NCBI GenBank assembly: GCA_016180945.1
Contig: JACPAG010000003.1
Location: 107,394-171,393, forward strand
Direction of reading: 5' to 3'
From: Candidatus Aenigmatarchaeota archaeon
GTDB lineage: Archaea > Aenigmatarchaeota > Aenigmatarchaeia > GW2011-AR5
DNA length: 64,000 nt
The first letter of the stretch is position 1, and each line of letters opens with the position of its first letter. Below are positions 53,914-61,989 of this stretch, piece after piece. The translations under genes were made by a program, and so were the position numbers. The notes below the pieces were generated by a model, which was not told the DNA's origin, did no database searches, and saw only the letters and a program-made list of their open reading frames with translations.

Positions 53914-56880
53914 ATGCGTATATCGGCAATCTTAATAGTTGTTACAATATTTGCAGTCTTGTTATCTAACACTTCTTATGCCGCTTTAGCTGATGCTTGG
54001 AATATTTGTAAGTCATCAGCTAGTGCCTGTCCTGATACAAATACGCGCGACTACGCAGTAGGGTGCTTTTACAATGACCCACAAGATACAGTAGACTCAT
54101 ACTGTTGCTCATATCCGAATACCGATGACCTAACGAGTCCTGCTGCCTCGACGTATATACCTTATAAATGGAAACTTGGTGGTGCAACGCAAGGTGCCGG
54201 CTGCAGCTGCGCAGTTGATGACGGCTTCGTCATCCCGAATACTGGCGTCTGGCATTACGCAGACGAATCAAGCGGAGGCAGCAGAAAAGGTGTCCACAGC
54301 CCTCGTCCAGACGACTCCTATACATTCTACGAAACGCCACATAGATATTCTAGATACATGTCATGCGGCGAAAGCGGCTTGTTTACATGCCCTGCAGGAA
54401 GCACTGGCATAAAATTCTGGGTTAGGGCTCAGACAGAAAATGGCCCAGACAAGTTAGAAATTAAAAACAGTGCCGGCACAGTTTATGCAACTTTGACTGG
54501 TCAATATGATCCAGATGGTGACGATGACGTTACCGAATACTTTTCGACAGACGTTTATCCGCAAACCACAGCAAAATTCCTATTCACCTCTGATGTGAGC
54601 TATCAAACCTGGGGCGTTGATGTTTATGGCATAAAGTGCATGGGAGGGGATTCCACATCCACCAGCACATCAACATCTACTTCAACAAGCACTAGTACTT
54701 CCACTTCAACTTCTACGTCCACCAGCACGTCATCAACATCCACAAGCACCTCAACATCTACGTCCAGCACAAGTACTTCATCCACCAGCACATCCACTTC
54801 AACAAGTACTTCAACGTCAACCACAAGTACAAGCACGTCTACAACCACAACCATCCCTTGCGTCCATGCGAATCCTTCTGTGACTATAACCCCTTCGCCG
54901 CAGAATGACGTAGCCGGCTCGGCGCTGGCATATACCGTCGCGGTGACAAACAACGATGCAAGCTGCGGCTCGGAAACGTACAGCTTACGCAGTTCAGGAA
55001 CAGCCTGCACCGCTCCCTGGTCCTGCTCATTAGCTTCATCGTTGGGGCCAATTGCATCAGGCTCTTCTGGTTCGACTGCAATAACCGTTACATCGCCTGC
55101 CGCTGCTGCCACAGGCAGCTACCTATTTTCAGTGACCGCCTCTATTGCATCGCCTGCACATACAGGAACCGGCTCTGCAACTTACGTAGTCAGCGACTTT
55201 AGTGTTGTCGCAACATCAGCCATTTTTGTAACAAAGCCGCAGACCGTCTCAAGGGACGGCACAGGCACGATAACCGTAGGCTCTGTCAACAGCTTTAGTT
55301 CGCCTGTAGCGCTGTCTGGAGCCTGGTTTGATTTAATCGGTAATCCTATTGCAGCCCCGTCTGGTGTTTCAACAACCTATAATCCTTTATCAGTTACCCC
55401 ATCTGCCGGCGGCTCGGCTGCATCAACATTGACAATTACCGTTCCATCAACAGCCGCTACAGGAACATTTATTCTCAGGACAACAGGCACTCGGAACAGT
55501 ACAACACACGCGTTTGATACGAAGGTTATTATAAGCTCTTACGGTCTGGAATTTAAGCCGAAAAGCAAGACCTACGTAGGTAACGATTATGTCTGGGGTG
55601 ACGGTGATGTGGACAAATGCGACCTCCCTGATGCTGGAAAATGTATAAACGTGACAGACAAATCCGAACTTCCCGGTAATCCGCAGATAACATATGGCAT
55701 TGCATCCAAAACCCGCACCGGAGCATGTGATGCCGCCAACACAGACATATTTGACGCTGACGGCGTGGTCGTAACCCAGTTCAAAATCCAGAAAGGCACT
55801 ACAATAACCAATCCTTTCAACATAAGGGTCAAGGCAACGGACGATACGTTCTGCACGCTTTCATTCAAAGTAGTCGCCCCTGACAGCGCCGAAGTCGACC
55901 CAAGCTTCACCGTTAACCCTGCTGGTCCGCTGCCGCCTCCTGGCCCTGTCGGGATGAGTATAGAAGTCAAGTACCCGTTCGCCGAGAAGAAGCTTATACC
56001 GCTGACTGGCGGAAAGCCGGATTTCACCAAATCAATGCCTATAGGGTTTTTAATAAAGGCAAGGTCACTTGACCTGCTGCCAGTAGACTGCACCTTTGAT
56101 AACTGCGAGGTCAAATACGGCATAAAGGAAAAAGACGGCACGCCGGCCGTTCCGGACGGCGCAGTTTTCCCTGCGTGCGCCGGCAACGAGTATAAACCCG
56201 GCCAGTGCGCAGCCTTTGACAAGTTCACGCCCATAGGCCCTGCATGGAAGGCCCAGCGGCCGAGCAAAGACCTGTTAAGCGGCGTTATAGACCTGGCATG
56301 CGATGCTGATTATACGCTTGTTATAAAAACCAGAATAACATCCGGCCTTGGTGTCGGCGCATCCGGCTCGCTGGAAACGCCAATCCACATAAACTGCAGG
56401 CCGCGCTTAACGGTCGACCCGCCTGAAAAATCTGTCGTTTTGAACCAAAATAACGCAGATGCCTTCACGGTAACCGTCTGGGACCCCCAGACAAGAACTT
56501 ATGCATTGGGCATGACAAATGCAAAACCAGAGCATACATTCCTGGCAGGCGCCGACAGGTGGATAGAATTTGTATGTCCTTCGGCTCCTGTATCATGCAG
56601 CGCGGATAAGCTTCAATTAAGCGGCATACAATCCGGCAGCGAAACGCCTCCGCAGTTTACCGTCCGCCTTACAACCAAAGCAGCGGTAAGGGCCGGCAAC
56701 TTCCCGGTGCGCTTCACAGCATCGGCGACAGGCATCACGCCTGCCGAAACAGAAGCGACAATCAAGGTCTTTGCCGAAGGCCTCAATGAATTCGCATTAT
56801 GGCAGCTGGCTGTACTTGTTATTCTGAGCACAGCATTTGTTTACAGGCAGAGCATTGGAAAAAAGCGGAATAGTACCTAA
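53914..56880 (+). CDS. giant cell-surface protein (signal peptide, Cys-rich head, CUB-like segment, TS linker, Ig-like repeats, C-terminal TM anchor)
   Basis: 988 aa. N-terminal signal ILIVVTIFAVLLSNTSYA. KFLFTSDVSYQTWGVDVYGIKC resembles the end of a CUB domain. ~65-aa TSTSTS linker. C-terminal anchor LAVLVILSTAFVY followed by basic residues. Confidence 0.7.
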   Translation: MRISAILIVVTIFAVLLSNTSYAALADAWNICKSSASACPDTNTRDYAVGCFYNDPQDTVDSYCCSYPNTDDLTSPAASTYIPYKWKLGGATQGAGCSCAVDDGFVIPNTGVWHYADESSGGSRKGVHSPRPDDSYTFYETPHRYSRYMSCGESGLFTCPAGSTGIKFWVRAQTENGPDKLEIKNSAGTVYATLTGQYDPDGDDDVTEYFSTDVYPQTTAKFLFTSDVSYQTWGVDVYGIKCMGGDSTSTSTSTSTSTSTSTSTSTSTSTSTSSTSTSTSTSTSSTSTSSTSTSTSTSTSTSTTSTSTSTTTTIPCVHANPSVTITPSPQNDVAGSALAYTVAVTNNDASCGSETYSLRSSGTACTAPWSCSLASSLGPIASGSSGSTAITVTSPAAAATGSYLFSVTASIASPAHTGTGSATYVVSDFSVVATSAIFVTKPQTVSRDGTGTITVGSVNSFSSPVALSGAWFDLIGNPIAAPSGVSTTYNPLSVTPSAGGSAASTLTITVPSTAATGTFILRTTGTRNSTTHAFDTKVIISSYGLEFKPKSKTYVGNDYVWGDGDVDKCDLPDAGKCINVTDKSELPGNPQITYGIASKTRTGACDAANTDIFDADGVVVTQFKIQKGTTITNPFNIRVKATDDTFCTLSFKVVAPDSAEVDPSFTVNPAGPLPPPGPVGMSIEVKYPFAEKKLIPLTGGKPDFTKSMPIGFLIKARSLDLLPVDCTFDNCEVKYGIKEKDGTPAVPDGAVFPACAGNEYKPGQCAAFDKFTPIGPAWKAQRPSKDLLSGVIDLACDADYTLVIKTRITSGLGVGASGSLETPIHINCRPRLTVDPPEKSVVLNQNNADAFTVTVWDPQTRTYALGMTNAKPEHTFLAGADRWIEFVCPSAPVSCSADKLQLSGIQSGSETPPQFTVRLTTKAAVRAGNFPVRFTASATGITPAETEATIKVFAEGLNEFALWQLAVLVILSTAFVYRQSIGKKRNST

Positions 56881-56962
56881 TTAGTCCTTTGCATGACTAT
56901 AAATTCCTTGCCGTTTAATTATAGCCAAAGAAAAAACAAAATTTATTATAGATGTGGGGCAT

Positions 56963-57229
56963 ATGCCAGCACCTTACAGGCGCGGTTATCATCACACAAA
57001 ATCAAAGGGCCACGAATCCATGGTCAGCTGCGGCTTCTGCGGAAAGCAGGTCCCGAGATGGAAGACATTTGCCACATACCGCGGCTTCCGCATAAACGAC
57101 CCGGTGCTTATGAAACAATTAGACAGGCGCCTGATAAGCACCTTCCAGCAGAAGACGTACGCCTGCCCGTCATGCGCGCGTTTCCGCGGCATCGTCAAGA
57201 TTGGAAGAAGCCGCGTCTCGAGAAGATAA
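56963..57229 (+). CDS. rps26e: ribosomal protein eS26
   Basis: SKGHESMVSCGFCGKQVPRWK and YACPSCARFRGIVKIGRSR align with the eS26 pattern GRGH..P..C..C...VPKDK / YCVSCAIH...VR.RSR. ATG at 56963 (the ORF track uses GTG at 56954). Confidence 0.8.
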   Translation: MPAPYRRGYHHTKSKGHESMVSCGFCGKQVPRWKTFATYRGFRINDPVLMKQLDRRLISTFQQKTYACPSCARFRGIVKIGRSRVSRR

Positions 57230-57234
57230 ATTTT

Positions 57235-57274
57235 TGTTACAGATTCTTAGTTATTGTTACAGATTCGCAGTTAT
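57235..57274 (+). repeat. 20-bp tandem direct repeat
   Basis: TGTTACAGATTCTTAGTTAT / TGTTACAGATTCGCAGTTAT. A 12-bp tandem AACTCCAGATGA x2 follows at 57312-57335. Confidence 0.7.
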
Positions 57275-57517
57275 TATCTATATAAAATCGTTTCCACTAG
57301 ATCTCCACTCGAACTCCAGATGAAACTCCAGATGAAGTTTGATTTGTTGTTTCCTGTCCTGCCCAAGAACTGTAGTGGAAATAGGGATATGTGTGTGTCG
57401 TTCCACATGATGAGATTAATACGAAAGCAATAAGAAGTAAGACAAGAATAGAGGTTTCCTTTTCCGTCCTACTTTTATTCCAAAAATGTTATATACTGGA
57501 AAGAGGGATAGATATGT

Positions 57518-59371
57518 ATGCCCGACAAAAAATCCCGTGCGGCGCAGATGCTCGAAATCATGAAAGCCCGCGAAACCGGACGTGCAAAACCTGTTATCCA
57601 GGAGAAGCAGCCGGCGAAACGCATGGAATTTTCAAAAAGCGAAACAGAGGAAAGCGAGATGATGTACCCCTCTGCGTCTGTCTCTTCTGCGTCGTCCCTG
57701 GCCAGTCTGGAAAAATCGCCTGAACCGTCTGCCAAGCCGGAAAAGTTTTCATTTAGGGGCGTGCTTTACAGGAAACTGAAAAACAAGGGCCAGCTAAAGA
57801 TTAAGGAGGCATTCAAGATACCCAAGAGGGTTGCCGCATATCCCAAGTTCACGATAGTCCCGCAGGCCGCGCTGACATCCATCTCATCAATAAAAGAAGC
57901 CCCGGCAAAAACGACCCTCTATCCGCTGATAAAGCCCTATGCGTATGCAAGCATAACGCACGACCCTGTCCAGAACGAGCTTGTCTATCACGTGATAGAG
58001 CCCGAATTAAGCGAGTACGAACGGCATGTTCTGGGAAAACTGAAGGACGGCCTGATGCAGGTGATAAACGTCAGCCTCGAGGACATAAAAAAGCATGACA
58101 AGATGATTGATTTTCTCGAATCCAACGTAAGAATACTTCTCGGCCAGTTTGATTTTCATCTCGACGATAAAAGCTACCTGAAGATAATGTATTACATCTC
58201 CCGCGATTTCATAGGGCTCAATGAAATCGAGCCCCTGCTGAGGGACCCTTACATTGAAGACATCGGCGCAGACGGGATTGGGATTCCTGTTTACGTCGTT
58301 CACCAGCGTTACGGCTCGCTGAGGACAAACATTGTTTACAATGACGAGAAGGAGATGAAAGAGTTCGTGACAAAGCTGGCCGAGCGCAGCGACCGTTACA
58401 TCAGCTATGCAGAGCCGCTGCTGGACGGGACGCTGCCCGACGGAACGCGTGTGCATGCAACGCTTGCAGGAGACGTCACAACGCGGGGCCCGACGTTCTC
58501 GATAAGAAAATTCCGGGAAACCCCGTTCACGCCCGTCGACATAGTCAGGCTCAATACGGCGTCGGCGGAGATGCTTGCTTATCTCTGGTTTTTGGTCGAG
58601 AATGGCGCTAACATTTTAATAACCGGCGGAGTCGCGACCGGAAAGACCAGTTTCCTCAATACTTTGTCCATGTTCATACCGCCCGAGGCAAAGGTCGTGA
58701 GCATAGAAGATACCAGGGAACTTTCATTGCCGCACGAAAACTGGATTCCCGGCGTCGCCAGGGTCGGCTTCACGGGCACCGGTGTCGGCGAGGTTTCAAT
58801 GTTCGACCTCCTCAAGGAATCGTTCCGAGAAAATCCGGATTACCTGATAGTAGGCGAGATCCGCGGCAAGGAAGCGTACGTTATGTTCCAGTCCATGGCA
58901 TCCGGCCATCCGTCAATGAGCACTATGCACGCGGGCAGCGTTGACGACGTTGTCAAAAGGCTGCAGACCGAACCCATAAACATTTCGCCCGGCCTTCTCG
59001 ACGCCCTGGACATGATAATCGTGATGATTCATGCGCGCGAGAAGGGAAAGTCCGCCCGCCGCGTAAAGGAGCTTATAGAAGTGGAAAGCATAGACTCCGA
59101 AACAGGCCGACCGCGCACAAGCAAAGTCTTTGTCTGGCTGCCGTCCGTCGATTCTTTTGAATACCGCGGCGATTCGTGGATTCTGCACAAGCTTTCGACA
59201 GAAAAAGGGATGTCAATGAATCTCGTTATAAGGGAAATAGCAAGAAGGAAAAAGGTTATAAACTGGCTGGTTGAAAACAACATCACGCAGCTCAGCGAAA
59301 TTGTAAAATACACAAACATGTACCACCGTGACCCGGACAGCATGAAGCACATTTTGGGCGAAACGTACTGA
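57518..59371 (+). CDS. type IV pilus/archaellum assembly ATPase (PilB/ArlI/VirB11 superfamily)
   Basis: Walker A GGVATGKTSFLN, EDTRELSL and LIVGEIRGKEA. Has a ~100-aa acidic/Ser-rich N-terminal extension. Confidence 0.85.
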   Translation: MPDKKSRAAQMLEIMKARETGRAKPVIQEKQPAKRMEFSKSETEESEMMYPSASVSSASSLASLEKSPEPSAKPEKFSFRGVLYRKLKNKGQLKIKEAFKIPKRVAAYPKFTIVPQAALTSISSIKEAPAKTTLYPLIKPYAYASITHDPVQNELVYHVIEPELSEYERHVLGKLKDGLMQVINVSLEDIKKHDKMIDFLESNVRILLGQFDFHLDDKSYLKIMYYISRDFIGLNEIEPLLRDPYIEDIGADGIGIPVYVVHQRYGSLRTNIVYNDEKEMKEFVTKLAERSDRYISYAEPLLDGTLPDGTRVHATLAGDVTTRGPTFSIRKFRETPFTPVDIVRLNTASAEMLAYLWFLVENGANILITGGVATGKTSFLNTLSMFIPPEAKVVSIEDTRELSLPHENWIPGVARVGFTGTGVGEVSMFDLLKESFRENPDYLIVGEIRGKEAYVMFQSMASGHPSMSTMHAGSVDDVVKRLQTEPINISPGLLDALDMIIVMIHAREKGKSARRVKELIEVESIDSETGRPRTSKVFVWLPSVDSFEYRGDSWILHKLSTEKGMSMNLVIREIARRKKVINWLVENNITQLSEIVKYTNMYHRDPDSMKHILGETY

Positions 59372-59422
59372 AAGAAAAATGAAACGGAGAACGTTTAAAT
59401 AAACTTAGGGGAGTGTATTGGC

Positions 59423-59632
59423 ATGTCAAGAGAATTTAATGTAATTATAGAAGAGGGCGAAGACGGCTATCTGATTTCTGAAGTAGTAGAATTGCCGGGC
59501 TGTCATACACAGGCAAAAACATTGGATGAACTAATGAAAAGGACAAGAGAAGCAGTTTCCCTTTACTTAAAATCCAAAAGGAATGTAGAAATAACAGAAA
59601 AATTTATAGGGGTACAAAAGATAAGGGTCTAA
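59423..59632 (+). CDS. hicB: HicB-family antitoxin
   Basis: EFNVIIEEGEDGYLISEVVELPGCHTQAKTLDELMKRTREAVSLYL. Confidence 0.8.
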   Translation: MSREFNVIIEEGEDGYLISEVVELPGCHTQAKTLDELMKRTREAVSLYLKSKRNVEITEKFIGVQKIRV

Positions 59633-59867
59633 AGTTATACCTAGTCTGCCGCTTCTAACGGCTAGAGATTTAATCAAAATTCTTCTAAAAATGGGCTTTA
59701 CAAATGTGAGGCAAGAAGGAAGCCATATATTTTTCCGACATCCAGACGGAAGGGCTACGGTCGTTCCATATCATAGCAGAGAAGAAATAGACAGGGGCCT
59801 TTTGAACAAGATTATCAAAAAAGACCTGAAGATTTCAAGAAAGGAATTTGAGAAATTGGCTACTTGA
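59625..59867 (+). CDS. hicA: HicA-like toxin lacking a canonical start codon for its conserved N-terminus
   Basis: The frame open from 59625 reads ...VIPSLPLLTARDLIKILLKMGFTNVRQEGSHIFFRHPDGRATVVPYH.... The first ATG/GTG/TTG is at 59691 (inside the fold). Near-cognate ATA at 59637. Not in the ORF track. Confidence 0.5.
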   Translation, partial: GSKVIPSLPLLTARDLIKILLKMGFTNVRQEGSHIFFRHPDGRATVVPYHSREEIDRGLLNKIIKKDLKISRKEFEKLAT

Positions 59868-59879
59868 TTCGGCTTACTT

Positions 59880-60160
59880 ATCTTAGATTCATTGAAAACA
59901 CACGACTTTAGTCGTGTGATGCAAGCAGAAGCTTCGCTTCTGCTGCACAGAAAGACTCCTAGAGTCTTTCTTGTGAAACACAATGAATCTGGGATCCCAT
60001 CTTCCAACACAAGAAGGAACTATGTTCCTTCTGTGCCGAAGGACTCATAGAGTCCTTCGTGCAAACCACCGACTTTCCGTCAGAAACCAGAGGTTTCTGC
60101 GGAATTCAGGAGAGCTCTGCTCTCCGTGAATTAGTCGGTGGATATAAGGAAGATGTGATT
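59880..60160 (+). repeat. family-A element, copy 5 (281 nt)
   Basis: Helix 1 is changed on both arms (AGATTCATTG / CAATGAATCT). Same 56-nt loop insert as copy 4 (60076-60131). Five additional hairpins. Confidence 0.8.
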
Positions 60161-60201
60161 AATTCTAATTTTTATATACTCCGAAATGCAATTCTATTGT
60201 A

Positions 60202-60912
60202 TTGTCAAGAGGGGGTTTTATCATAAACAGAATAAAAACCGGCGTCAGCGGACTTGACGACCTGATAGAAGGGGGCTTTCCTGAAAAAGATTTGGTCCTG
60301 CTGAGCGGGACATGCGGCGCAGGCAAGACGGTCTTCGGCCTCCAGTTCCTGTATTCCGAAGCTTCCAGAGAGCCGGGCATTTATGTCAGCTTCGAAGAGG
60401 GATTGCCGCAGATATTGGGCACAGCCAAGAATTTCGGCTGGGACACGCAGAAACTGGAGAAAATAAACAAATTGCGCTTCCTTAAATACGACCCGTTCAA
60501 GCTGGAAGATATATTCGAAATAATAGAAAGCAATATACGCGAAATAAATGCAAAGCGCGTTGTTATCGATTCTATATCCGCCTTAGGCATTTACGTGAAG
60601 GATCCGACAGAGCTCAGGCGCATGATTTTGCAGGTCAGCAACATGCTGCGCAAGAATGACTGCACGTCGCTTCTTATATCCGAGATACTGGCCAATGAAA
60701 ATTCCCTTTCCCGCTTCGGCGTCGAGGAATTTGTTACCGACGGCGTCATACTGCTGCATAACGTTCTTGTCGGCGGGGAATACCGCCGCGGCCTGAGCGT
60801 GTGGAAGATGCGCTCCACGGACCATTCAAAAAAAATTCATCCGTACAGGATTTCGCAGAAGGGTTTTGTCGTATACCCCAGCGACACGATTTCTCTGGAA
60901 ATCAGACGATAG
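60202..60912 (+). CDS. KaiC/RecA-superfamily ATPase (ArlH/FlaH-like)
   Basis: IKTGVSGLDDLIEGGFPEKDLVLLSGTCGAGKTVFGLQFL (Walker A). Single KaiC-like domain of 236 aa. TTG start in the ORF track. Confidence 0.75.
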   Translation: MSRGGFIINRIKTGVSGLDDLIEGGFPEKDLVLLSGTCGAGKTVFGLQFLYSEASREPGIYVSFEEGLPQILGTAKNFGWDTQKLEKINKLRFLKYDPFKLEDIFEIIESNIREINAKRVVIDSISALGIYVKDPTELRRMILQVSNMLRKNDCTSLLISEILANENSLSRFGVEEFVTDGVILLHNVLVGGEYRRGLSVWKMRSTDHSKKIHPYRISQKGFVVYPSDTISLEIRR

Positions 60913-61007
60913 TTTTTTTTCAAAAATTTTATATGGGAGCAGGTCAATATAATTACTACTGGTTATGCGGGAAATGAAACCGCAGCTATTATGAGGGAAG
61001 TTGATAA

Positions 61008-61121
61008 GAAACCGTAGGTGTCTTATATGCACTGCAGATTCAGTAAAGGGAAATGAATGAGAAACCGTAGGTGTCTTATATGCACTGCAGATTCAGTAAA
61101 GGGAAGTAGGTGTCTTATATG
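61008..61121 (+). repeat. 53-bp tandem duplication of an SD-ATG leader, creating twin 9-codon uORFs
   Basis: GAAACCGTAGGTGTCTTATATGCACTGCAGATTCAGTAAAGGGAA occurs twice (period 53). uORFs 61027-61056 and 61080-61109 both encode MHCRFSKGK. A third partial unit supplies the ATG at 61119 of the downstream gene. Confidence 0.85.
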
Positions 61122-61985
61122 TACAGGCACATGGTAAAGAAGTTCGGCAACATAGGCATCAGGTACATGCCAAGCTATGTCGAGCCGCTCAAGGCGGAAC
61201 TCTCGAAAGCAAACCTCGGCATTTTGTTCGAAATTTATGTCGGCAGGATGCTCTTCGTTTCTTTTGCGTCTTTCATCGTTACGTTTTCCGTTGTCTTTGC
61301 TATATCGCTTGTTTTCACCCTCCCGTTGATGATAGCCCTCTTCAGCGGCCTGATAGCAGCGGCAACAATTGCGCTTATAGTGTTAACCTTGTACCACTCT
61401 TATCCGTTTCAGCTGCTGACAACAAAGAAGAATATGATAGACACAAACATGCCCTTTGCAATAAACCACATGGCGGCTATCGCATCCGCAGGCGTCCCGC
61501 CTTTCGTCATATTCAGGCTGCTTGGGGATATCAAGGAATACGGAGAAATCAGGCACGAGGCAAAAAGAATTGTCAGGAACATAGAAGTTTTTGGCATGGA
61601 CCTGACGACAGCCATCCAGAACGTTGCGGAAAGAACGCCTTCCGACACCTTCCGCCAGTTCTTGTACGGCATCGTTTCTACCATAAACACAGGAGGCGAC
61701 CTGAAGAAGTTTTTCGAAAATTCTGCAAAAGACGCATTGTTCGATTACCGTCTGAAAAGGGAAAAGTATATGAAGACGCTGGAAACATACGCGGACTTTT
61801 ATACTGCCGTCCTCATCGCCGCTCCTTTGTTTTTCATATCCATACTCGCCGTCATGGCGCTTATCGGCGGCAATGTCTTCGGCCTTAGCATTCCGCTGGC
61901 AATGCGCATAGGAATATTTGTATTGATACCGCTGCTGAACACGGCATTCATAATGTTCATCCACTATACGCAGCCGAAAGTGTAA
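61119..61985 (+). CDS. type II secretion system F-domain membrane protein (TadB/ArlJ-like, N-terminal half)
   Basis: Polytopic, with a cytoplasmic helical domain (AINHMAAIASAGVPPFVIF...IEVFGMDL). Adjacent to a second F-domain gene. Confidence 0.7.
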   Translation: MYRHMVKKFGNIGIRYMPSYVEPLKAELSKANLGILFEIYVGRMLFVSFASFIVTFSVVFAISLVFTLPLMIALFSGLIAAATIALIVLTLYHSYPFQLLTTKKNMIDTNMPFAINHMAAIASAGVPPFVIFRLLGDIKEYGEIRHEAKRIVRNIEVFGMDLTTAIQNVAERTPSDTFRQFLYGIVSTINTGGDLKKFFENSAKDALFDYRLKREKYMKTLETYADFYTAVLIAAPLFFISILAVMALIGGNVFGLSIPLAMRIGIFVLIPLLNTAFIMFIHYTQPKV

Positions 61986-61989
61986 AAAA

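Noticed and set aside
56893-57285. 130-aa ORF overlapping the rps26e region in another frame
   Set aside because: The overlapping frame 56963..57229 has clear eS26 motifs (two CxxC pairs, basic termini). The 130-aa frame has no motif and is Arg/Pro-rich, as expected for an off-frame reading.
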